Assembly: GCA_964016885.1 (NCBI GenBank)
Contig: OZ024740.1
Span: 4,340,001-4,404,000, forward strand
Direction of reading: 5' to 3'
DNA: 64,000 nucleotides
Source: Eledone cirrhosa
Lineage: Eukaryota
The notes below the pieces were generated by a model. It was not told where the DNA came from, searched no databases, and was given only the letters and a program-made list of their open reading frames with translations. The translations under genes and the position numbers were made by a program. Below, piece after piece: positions 52,401-64,000 of the stretch (position 1 is its first letter; each line of letters opens with the position of its first letter).

Positions 52401-55400
52401 TTTGGGGAGGACCTCCATTTCACATCTGGCCTGGGTTTATTCCCAGTTTGGGAAGGACTTACATTTCAAATCTGGTCTAAATTTATTCCAGTTTGGTGGG
52501 GACATACATTTCACATCTGGTCTAGGTTTATTACCAGTTTCGGGGCACCTACATTTCACATCTGGTTTAGGTTTATTACCAGTTTTTTGGGGGGGACATA
52601 CAGTTCACATATGGTCTAGGTTTATTACCAGTTAGTTAGTGGTGGGGACCTACATTTCATATCTGGTCTACGTTTATTATCAGTTGGGGGACCTACATTT
52701 TACATCTTGTCTAGGTTTATTACCAGTTTGGGGAGGACCTACATTTCACATCGTGTCTAGGTTTATTCCCAGTTTGTGGGGGGGGGCTACATTTCACATC
52801 TGGTCTGGGTTTATTACCAGTTTCGAAGGGCCCTACATTTCACATATGGTCTAGGTTTATTACCAGTTAGTGAGGTGGACCTACATTTCATATCTGGTCT
52901 ACGTTTATTATCAGTTGGGGGGACCTACATTTTACATCTTGTCTAGGTTTATTATCAGTTAGGGGGTGACATACATTTCACATCTTGTCTAGGATTAATA
53001 CCCGTTTAGGGGGACATACATTTCACATCTGGTCTAGGTTTATTACCAACTTGAGGAGGACCTACAATTCACATTTGGTCTAGGTTTATTACCAGTTTGG
53101 TGGGGACCTACATTTCATATCTGGTCTAGGTTTATTACCAGTTTGAGGGGGACCTACATTTCACATCTGGTCTAGGTTTATTACCAGGTAGGGGGTGACC
53201 TACATTTCACATCTGGTCTAGGATTATTAACCGTTTGGTTGGGACCTACATTTCATATCTGGTCTAGGTTTATTACCAGTTTGAGGGGGACCTACATTTC
53301 ACATCTGGTCTAAGTTTATTACCATTTAGGGAGGCTACATTTCTCGTCTCGTCTACGTTTATTACCAGTTTGGGGAGGACCTACATTTCACATCGTGTCT
53401 AGGTTTATTCCCAATTTGTGGGGGGGGGGCTTCATTTCACATCTGGTCTGGGTTTATTACCAGTTTCGAAGGGCCCTACATTTCACATATGGTCTATGTT
53501 TATTACCAGTTAGTGAGGTGGACCTACATTTCATATCTGGTCTAGGTTTATTACCAGTTTGGGGGTGACCTATATTTCACATCTTGTCTAGGTTTATTAC
53601 CAGTTAGGGTGTGACCTACATTTCACATCTGGTCATGGTTTATTACCAGTTATGGGGGTGACCTCTATTTCACATCTGGTCTAGGTTTATTACCAGTTAG
53701 AGGGGGCCTACATTTCACATCTGGTCTAGGTTTATTACCAGTTAGGGGGATCTACATTTCACATCTGGTCTAGGTTTATTAACAGTTAGGGGGAACTACA
53801 TTTCACTTCTGGTCTAGGTTTATTACCAGTTTGGGAGGGATCTACATTTCACATCAGGTCTAAATTTATTCCAGTTTGGTGGGGACTTATATTTCACATC
53901 TGGTCTAGGTTTATTACAAGTTAGGGGGCACCTACATTTCACATCTGGTCTAGGTTTATTACAAGTTTCACATTTGCTCTAGGTTTATTACCAGTTAGTG
54001 GGGACCTACATTTCACATCTGGTCTAGGTTTTTTACAAGTTTGGAGGGGGACCTATGTTTCACATCTGGTCTAGGTTTATTACCAGTTAGAGGGGTGACG
54101 TACATTTCACATCTGGTCTAGGATTATTACCCGTTTGGGGGGGACAAATATTTGGCATCTGGTCTAGGTTTATTACCAGTTTGGGAGAGACCTACATTTC
54201 AAATTTATTCTAGGTTTATTACCAGTTAGGGTAGGACCTACATTTCACATCTGGTCTAAGTTTATTACCAGTTTGGGTAGGACCTACATTTCACATCTGG
54301 TCTAAATTTATTACCAGTTTGGTGTGGACCTACATTTCACATCTGGTCTAGGTATATTACCAGTTTGAGAAGGACCTACATTTCACATCTGGTCTAGGTT
54401 TATTACCAGTTAGATGGGGCCTACATTTCACATCTGGTCTAGGTTTATTACCAGTTAGGGGGAGCTACATTTCACGTCTCGTCTATGTTTATTACTAGTT
54501 TGGGGAGGACCTCCATTTCACATCTGGCCTGGGTTTATTACCAGTTTGGGAAGGACTTACATTTCACATCTGGTCTAAATTTATTCCAGTTTGGTGGTGA
54601 CATACATTTCACATCTGGTCTAGGTTTATTACCAGTTAGAGAGGTGACGTACATTTCACATCTGGTCTAGGTTTTTTACATGTTTGGAGGGGGACCTATA
54701 TTTCGCATCTGGTCTAGGTTTATTACCAGTTAGGGGGTGACATACATTTCATATCTGGTCTAGGATTATTACCCGTTTGGGGCGGACATACATTTCACAT
54801 CTGGTCTAGGTTTATTACCAACTTGGGGAGGACCTAAATTTCACATCTGGTCTAGGTTTAGTACCAGTTTGGGGGAGACCTACATTTCAAATTTATTCTA
54901 GGTTTATTACCAGTTAGGGTAGGACCTACATTTCACATCTGGTCTAGGTTTATTACCAGTTTGGGAAGGACCTACATTTCACATCTGGTCTAAATTTATT
55001 ACCAGTTTGGTGTGGAGCTACATTTCACATCTGGTCTTGGTTTATTACCAGTTTGAGAAGGACCTACATTTCACATCTGGTCTAGGTTTATTACCAATTT
55101 GGGGAGGACCTACATTTCACATCTGGTCTAGGTTTATTACCAGTTAGGGGGAGCTACATTTCACGTCTCGTCTATGTTTATTACTAGTTTGGGGAGGACC
55201 TCCATTTCACATCTGGCCTGGGTTTATTCCCAGTTTGGGAAGGACTTACATTTCAAATCTGGTCTAAATTTATTCCAGTTTGGTGGGGACATACATTTCA
55301 CATCTGGTCTAGGTTTATTACCAGTTTCGGGGCACCTACATTTCACATCTGGTTTAGGTTTATTACCAGTTTTTTGGGGGGGACATACAGTTCACATATG

Positions 55401-58400
55401 GTCTAGGTTTATTACCAGTTAGTTAGTGGTGGGGACCTACATTTCATATCTGGTCTACGTTTATTATCAGTTGGGGGACCTACATTTTACATCTTGTCTA
55501 GGTTTATTACCAGTTTGGGGAGGACCTACATTTCACATCGTGTCTAGGTTTATTCCCAGTTTGTGGGGGGGGGCTACATTTCACATCTGGTCTGGGTTTA
55601 TTACCAGTTTCGAAGGGCCCTACATTTCACATATGGTCTAGGTTTATTACCAGTTAGTGAGGTGGACCTACATTTCATATCTGGTCTACGTTTATTATCA
55701 GTTGGGGGGACCTACATTTTACATCTTGTCTAGGTTTATTATCAGTTAGGGGGTGACATACATTTCACATCTTGTCTAGGATTAATACCCGTTTAGGGGG
55801 ACATACATTTCACATCTGGTCTAGGTTTATTACCAACTTGAGGAGGACCTACAATTCACATTTGGTCTAGGTTTATTACCAGTTTGGTGGGGACCTACAT
55901 TTCATATCTGGTCTAGGTTTATTACCAGTTTGAGGGGGACCTACATTTCACATCTGGTCTAGGTTTATTACCAGGTAGGGGGTGACCTACATTTCACATC
56001 TGGTCTAGGATTATTAACCGTTTGGTTGGGACCTACATTTCATATCTGGTCTAGGTTTATTACCAGTTTGAGGGGGACCTACATTTCACATCTGGTCTAA
56101 GTTTATTACCATTTAGGGAGGCTACATTTCTCGTCTCGTCTACGTTTATTACCAGTTTGGGGAGGACCTACATTTCACATCGTGTCTAGGTTTATTCCCA
56201 ATTTGTGGGGGGGGGGGCTTCATTTCACATCTGGTCTGGGTTTATTACCAGTTTCGAAGGGCCCTACATTTCACATATGGTCTATGTTTATTACCAGTTA
56301 GTGAGGTGGACCTACATTTCATATCTGGTCTAGGTTTATTACCAGTTTGGGGGTGACCTATATTTCACATCTTGTCTAGGTTTATTACCAGTTAGGGTGT
56401 GACCTACATTTCACATCTGGTCATGGTTTATTACCAGTTATGGGGGTGACCTCTATTTCACATCTGGTCTAGGTTTATTACCAGTTAGAGGGGGCCTACA
56501 TTTCACATCTGGTCTAGGTTTATTACCAGTTAGGGGGATCTACATTTCACATCTGGTCTAGGTTTATTAACAGTTAGGGGGAACTACATTTCACTTCTGG
56601 TCTAGGTTTATTACCAGTTTGGGAGGGATCTACATTTCACATCAGGTCTAAATTTATTCCAGTTTGGTGGGGACTTATATTTCACATCTGGTCTAGGTTT
56701 ATTACAAGTTAGGGGGCACCTACATTTCACATCTGGTCTAGGTTTATTACAAGTTTCACATTTGCTCTAGGTTTATTACCAGTTAGTGGGGACCTACATT
56801 TCACATCTGGTCTAGGTTTTTTACAAGTTTGGAGGGGGACCTATGTTTCACATCTGGTCTAGGTTTATTACCAGTTAGAGGGGTGACGTACATTTCACAT
56901 CTGGTCTAGGATTATTACCCGTTTGGGGGGGACAAATATTTGGCATCTGGTCTAGGTTTATTACCAGTTTGGGAGAGACCTACATTTCAAATTTATTCTA
57001 GGTTTATTACCAGTTAGGGTAGGACCTACATTTCACATCTGGTCTAAGTTTATTACCAGTTTGGGTAGGACCTACATTTCACATCTGGTCTAAATTTATT
57101 ACCAGTTTGGTGTGGACCTACATTTCACATCTGGTCTAGGTATATTACCAGTTTGAGAAGGACCTACATTTCACATCTGGTCTAGGTTTATTACCAGTTA
57201 GATGGGGCCTACATTTCACATCTGGTCTAGGTTTATTACCAGTTAGGGGGAGCTACATTTCACGTCTCGTCTATGTTTATTACTAGTTTGGGGAGGACCT
57301 CCATTTCACATCTGGCCTGGGTTTATTACCAGTTTGGGAAGGACTTACATTTCACATCTGGTCTAAATTTATTCCAGTTTGGTGGTGACATACATTTCAC
57401 ATCTGGTCTACGTTTATTACCAGTTTGGGGGGACCTACATTTCACATCTGGTTTAGGTTTATTACCAGTTCGAGGGGGGACCTACATTTCAATTCTGGTC
57501 TTGGCTTATTAACAGTTTAGAGGGGCCCTACATTTCACATCAAGTCTAGGTTTATTACCAGTTAGGGGGTGATCTACATTTCAGATCTGGTCTATGTTTA
57601 TTACCAGTTTGGGGAGGACCTACATTTCACATCGGGTCTAGGTTTATTACCAGTTTCGGGGCACCTACATTTCACATCTGGTCTAGGTTTATTAACAGTT
57701 AGTTATTGGTGGGGACCTACATTTCATATCTGGTCTACGTTTATTATCAGTTGGGGGGACCTACATTTTACATCTGGTCTAGGTTTATTATCAGTTAGGG
57801 GGTGACCTACATTTCACATCTTGTCAAGGATTAATACCCGTTTAGGGGGGACATACATTTCACATCTGGTCTAGGTTTATTACCAACTTGGGGAGGACCA
57901 ACAATTCACATTTGGTCTAGGTCTATTACCAGTTTGGTGGGGACCTACATTTCATATCTGGTCTAGGTTTATTACCAGTTTGAGGGGGACCTACATTTCA
58001 CATCTGGTCTAGGTTTATTACCAGTAAGGGGGTGACCTCCATTTCACATCTGGCCTGTGTTTATTACCAGTTTGGGAAGGACTTACATTTCACATCTGGT
58101 CTAAATTTATTCCAGTTTGGTGGGGACATACATTTCACATCTGGTCTAGGTTTATTACCAGTTTGGGGGGACCTACATTTCACATCTTGTTTAGGTTTAT
58201 TACCAGTTCGGGGGGGGGGGACCTACATTTCAATTCTGGTCTTGGCTTATTAACAGTTTAGAGGGGCGCTACATTTCACATCTGGTCTAGGTTTATTACC
58301 AGTTAGGGGGTGATCAACATTTCAGATCTGGTCTATGTTTATTACCAGTTTGGGGAGGACCTACATTTCACATCTGGTCTGGGTTTATTACCAGTTTCGA

Positions 58401-61400
58401 AGGGCCCTACATTTCATATCTGATCTAGGTTTATTACCAGTTTGGGGGTGACCTATATTTCACATCTTGTCTAGGTTTATTACCAGTTAGGGTGTGACCT
58501 ACATTTCACATCTGGTCTAGGTTTATTACCAGTTTTTTTTGGGGGGGGGACCTACAGTTCACATATGGTCTAGGTTTATTACCAGTTAGTTATTGGTGGG
58601 GACCTACATTTCACATCTTGTCAAGGATTAATACCCGTTTAGGGGGGACATACATTTCACATCTGGTCTAGGTTTATTACCAACTTGGGGAGGACCTACA
58701 ATTCACATTTGGTCTAGGTTTATTACCAGTTTGGTGGGGACCTACATTTCATATCTGGTCTAGGTTTATTACCAGTTTGAGGGGGACCTACATTTCACAT
58801 CTGGTCTAGGTTTATTACCAGTTAGGGGGTGACCTCCATTTCACATCCGGCCTGGGTTTATTACCAGTTTGGGAAGGACTTACATTTCACATCTGGTCTA
58901 AATTTATTCCAGTTTGGTGGGGACATACATTTCACATCTGGTCTAGGTTTATTACCAGTTTGGGGGGACCTACATTTCACATCTTGTTTAGGTTTATTAC
59001 CAGTTTCGGGGGACCTACATTTCACATCTGGTTTAGGTTTATTACCAGTTTTTTTTTGGGGGGGACCTACAGTTCACATATGGTCTAGGTTTATTACCAG
59101 TAAGTTAGTGGTGGGGACCTACATTTCATATCTGGTCTACGTTTATTATCAGTTGGGGGACCTACATTTTACATCTTGTCTAGGTTTATTATCAGTTAGG
59201 GGGTGACATACATTTCACATCTTGTCTAGGATTAATACCCGTTTAGGGGGGACATACATTTCACATCTGGTCTAGGTTTATTACCAACTTGAGGAGGACC
59301 TACAATTCACATTTGGTCTAGGTTTATTACCAGTTTGGTGGGGACCTACATTTCATATCTGGTCTAGGTTTATTAACAGTTAGGGGGTGACCTATATTTC
59401 ACATCTGGTCTAGGATTATTACCCGTTTGGTTGAGACCTACATTTCATATCTGGTCTAGGTTTATTACCAGTTTGAGGGGGACCTACATTTCACATCTGG
59501 TCTAAGTTTATTACCATTTAGGGAGGCTACATTTCTCGTCGCGTCTACGTTTATTACCAGTTTGGGGAGGACCTACATTTCACATCGTGTCTAGGTTTAT
59601 TCCCAGTGTGTGGGGGGGGGCTACATTTCACATCTGGTCTGGGTTTATTACCAGTTTCGAAGGGCCCTACATTTCACATATGGTCTAGGTTTATTACCAG
59701 TTAGTGAGGTGGACCTACATTTCATATCTGGTCTAGGTTTATTACCAGTTTGGGGGTGACCTATATTTCACATCTTGTCTAGGTTTATTACCAGTTAGGG
59801 TGTGACCTACATTTCACATCTGGTCTTGGTTCATTACCAGTTATGGGGGTGACCTATATTTCACATCTGGTCTAGGTTTATTACCAGTTAGGGGGATCTA
59901 CATTTCACATCTGGTCTAGGTTCATTAACAGTTAGGGGGGACCTACATTTAACATCTGGACTAGGTTTATTACCAGTTTGGGAAGGACCTACATTTCACA
60001 TCTGGTCTAGGTTTATTAAGAGTTAGGGGGACCAACATTTCACATCTGGTCTATGTTTATTACCAGTCTGGGGGGACCTACATTTCAAATTTGGTCTAGG
60101 TTTATTACAAGTTAGGGGAAGACCTACATTTCACATCTGGCCTAGGTTTATTACCAGTTTGGGAGGGATCTACATTTCACATCAGGTCTAAATTTATTCC
60201 AGTTTGGTGGGGACTTATATTTCACATCTGGTCTAGGTTTATTACCAGTTAGGGGGCACCTACATTTCACATCTGGTCTAGGTTTATTACAAGTTTCACA
60301 TTTGCTCTAGGTTTATTACCAGTTAGTGGGGACATACATTTCACATCTGGTCTAGGTTTTTTACCAGTTTGGAGGGGGACCTATATTTCACATCTGGTCT
60401 AGGTTTATTACCAGTTAGAGGGGTGACGTACATTTCACATCTGGTCTAGGTTTTTTACAAGTTTGGAGGGGGACCTATATTTCGCATCTGGTCTAGGTTT
60501 ATTACAAGTTAGGGGGTGACATACATTTCACATCTGGTCTAGGATTATTACCCGTTTGGGGGGGACAAATATTTCGCATCTGGTCTAGGTTTATTACCAG
60601 TTAGGGGGTGACATACATTTCACATCTGGTCTAGGATTATTACCCGTTTGGGGGGGGACATACATTTCACATCTGGTCTAGGTTTATTACCAACTTGGGG
60701 AGGACCTACATTTCACATCTGGTCTAGGTTTAGTACCAGTTTGGGGGAGACCTACATTTCAAATTTATTCTAGGTTTATTACCAGTTAGGGGAGGACCTA
60801 CATTTCACATCTTGTCTACGTTTATTCCCAGTTTGTGGGGGGGCTACATTTCACATCTGGTGTGGGTTTATTACCAGTTTCGAGGGGCCCTACATTTCAC
60901 ATATGGTCTAGGTTTATTACCAGTTAGTGAGGTGGACCTACATTTCATATCTGGTCTAGGTTTATTACCAGTTTGGGTGTGACCTATATTTCACATCTTG
61001 TCTAGGTTTATTACCAGTTAGGGTGTGACCTACATTTCACATCTGGTCTTGGTTTATTACCAGTTATGGGGGTGACCTATATTTCACATCTGGTCTAGGA
61101 TTATTACCCGTTTGGGGGGGACATACATTTCACATCTGGTCTAGGTTTATTACCAACTTGGGGAGGACCTACATTTCACATCTGGTCTAGGTTTAGTACC
61201 AGTATGGGGGAGACCTACATTTCAAATTTATTCTAGGTTTATTACCAGTTAGAGGAGGACCTACATTTCACATCTTGTCTACGTTTATTACCAGTTTGGA
61301 GCGGACCTTCATTTCACATCTTGTGTAAATTTATTACCAGTTTGGTGTGGACCTACATTTCACATCTGGTCTAGGTTTAATACTGGTTAGGGGGGACCTA

Positions 61401-64000
61401 CATGTTATATCTGGTCCAGGTTTATTACCAGTTTGGGGAGGACCTACATTTCACATCTGGTCTAGGTTTATTAGCAGTTTGGGAAGGACCTACATTTCAC
61501 ATCTGGTCTAAATTTATTACCAGTTTGGTGTGGACCTACATTTCACATCTGGTCTAGGTTTATTACCAGTTTGAGAAGGACCTACATTTCACATCTGGTC
61601 TAGGTTTATTACCAATTTGGGGAGGACCTACATTTCACATCTGGTCTAGGATTATTACCCGTTTGGTGGGGACCTACATTTCATATCTGGTCTAGGTTTA
61701 TTACAAGTTTGAGTGGGACCTACATTTCACATCTGGTCTAAGTTTATTACCATTTAGGGAGGCTACATTTCTCGTCTCGTCTACGTTTATTACCAGTTTG
61801 GGGAGGACCTACATTTCACATCGTGTCTAGGTTTATTCCCAGTTTGTGGGGGGGGGGGCTACATTTCACATCTGGTCTGGGTTTATTACCAGTTTCGAGG
61901 GGCCCTACATTTCACATATGGTCTAGGTTTATTACCAGTTAGTGAGGTGGACCTACATTTCATATCTGGTCTAGGTTTATTACCAGTTTGGGGGTGACCT
62001 ATATTTCACATCTTGTCTAGGTTTATTACCAGTTAGGGTGTGACCTACATTTCACATCTGGTCTTGATTAATTACCAGTTATGGGCGTGACCTATATATC
62101 ACATCTGGTCTACGTTTATTACCAGTTAGATGGGGCCTACATTTCACATCTGGTCTAGGTTTATTACCAGTTAGGGGGATCTACATTTCACATCTGGTCT
62201 AGGTTTATTAACAGTTAGGGGGGGACCTACATTTAACATCTGGACTAGGTTTATTACCAGTTTGGGAATGACCTACATTTCACATCTGGTCTAGGTTTAT
62301 TAAGAGTCAGGGGAAACTACATTTCACTTCTGGTCTAGGTTTATTACCAGTTTGAGGGGGCGGGACCAACATTTCACATCTGGTCTAAGTTTATTACCAG
62401 TCTGGGGGGACCTACATTTCAAATTTGGTCTAGGTTTTTTACCAGTTTGGAGGGGGACCTATATTTCACATCTGGTCTAGGTTTATTACCAGTTAGAATG
62501 GTGACGTACATTTCACATCTGGTCTAGGTTTTTTACAAGTTTGGAGGGGGGACCTATATTTCGCATCTGGTCTACGTTTATTACCTACTTGGGGAGGACC
62601 TACATTTCACATCTGGTCTAGGTTTAGTACCAGTTTGGGGGAGACCTACATTTCAAATTTATTCTAGGTTTATTACCAGTTTGAGGGGAGGACCTACATT
62701 TCACATCTTGTCTACGTTTATTCCCAGTTTGTGGGGGGGGGGGCTAAATTTCACATCTGGTCTGGGTTTATTACCAGTTTCGAGGGGCCCTACATTTCAC
62801 ATATGGTCTAGGTTTATTACCAGTTAGTGAGGTGGACCTACATTTCATATCTGGTCTAGGTTTATTACCAGTTTAGGGGTGACCTATATGTCACATCTTG
62901 TCTAGGTTTATTACCAGTTAGGGTGTGACCTACATTTCACATCTGGTCTTGGTTTATTACCAGTTATGGGGGTGACCTATATTTCACATCTGGTCTAGGT
63001 TTATTACCAGTTAGAAGAGGACCTACATTTCACATCTGGCCTAGGTTTATTACCAGTTTGGGAGGGATCTACATTTCACATCAGGTCTAAATTTATTCCA
63101 GTTTGGTTGGGACTTATATTTCACATCTGGTCTAGGTTTATTACCAGTTAGGGGGCACCTACATTTCACATCTGGTCTAGGTTTATTACAAGTTTCACAT
63201 TTGCTCTAGGTTTATTACCAGTTAGTGGGGACCGACATTTCACATCTGGTCTAGGTTTTTTACAAGTTTGGAGGGGGACCTATATTTCACATCTGGTCTA
63301 GGTTTATTACCAGTTAGAGGGGTGACGTACATTTCACATCTGGTCTAGGTTCTTTACAAGTTTGGAGGGGGGACCTATATTTCGCATCTGGTCTAGGTTT
63401 ATTGCCAGTTAGGGGGTGACATACATTTCACATCTGGTCTAGGATTATTACCCGTTTGGGGGGGGACATACATTTCACATCTGGTCTAGGTTTATTACCA
63501 ACTTGGGGAGGACCTACATTTCACATCTGGTCTAGGTTTAGTACCAGTTTGGGGGAGACCTACATTTCAAATTTATTCTAGGTTTATTACCAGTTAGGGG
63601 AGGACCTACATTTCACATCTTGTCTACGTTTATTACCAGTTTGGAGCGGACCTACATTTCACATCTTGTCTAAATTTATTACCAGTTTGGTGCGCACCTA
63701 CATTTCACATCTGGTCTAGGTTTAATACTGGTTAGGGGGGACCTACATGTTATATCTGGTCCAGGTTTATTACCAGTTTGGGGAGGACCTACATTTCACA
63801 TCTGGTCTAGGTTTATTAGCAGTTTGGGAAGGACCTACATTTCACATCTGGTCTAAATTTATTACCAGTTTGAGAAGGACCTACATTTCACATCTGGTCT
63901 AGGTTTATTACCAGTTTGACAAGGACCTACATTTCACATCTGGTCTAGGTTTATTACCAATTTGGGGAGGACCTATATTTCACATCTGGTCTAGGTTTAT
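34482..64000. repeat. Satellite 2: 45-46-bp monomer (39-bp core GACCTACATTTCACATCTGGTCTAGGTTTATTACCAGTT plus a variable G-rich linker), roughly 650 copies, runs off the right edge
   Basis: GACC starts at 37026, 37072 and 37118 give a 46-bp period. Monomers are diverged, and large duplications show up as repeated ORFs. Confidence 0.98.

Noticed and set aside
35185-59206. ORFs with LHFTSGLGLLPV / PTFHIWSRFITS repeats
   Set aside because: Satellite translations that change frame with linker length.
34482-64000. CRISPR-like repeat/spacer array
   Set aside because: The variable parts are only 6-10 nt, G-rich and recurrent; the repeats are degenerate; there are no cas genes; the context is eukaryotic.

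Overview
Eukaryotic, repeat-dominated DNA with no intact cellular gene. The repeat families (RTE LINEs with (GAT)n tails, tRNA-derived SINEs, long (TA)n tracts) suggest an octopus or other cephalopod genome, which is inference only. Three zones: (1) 1-~12996, a homogeneous 38/39-bp satellite with an irregular ~1.9-2.5-kb higher-order structure; (2) ~13.0-34.5 kb, a nest of 5'-truncated RTE-clade LINEs (at least three subfamilies), CR1 fragments, SINEs, MITEs, microsatellites, long hairpins and several minimal hammerhead-ribozyme motifs of the Penelope/retrozyme type; (3) ~33.1 kb-64000, a diverged 45-46-bp satellite with 1.28-, 2.79- and 6.29-kb duplications. Main observations: a C4HC3 PHD-like finger inserted inside the RTE reverse transcriptase; a cluster of type I hammerhead motifs; satellite 1 appears to derive from the local SINE core and shares a motif with satellite 2 in inverted orientation; RTE copies are strongly tied to (TA)n targets. 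Most ORFs in the track are translations of repeats. All alignments were done by eye.
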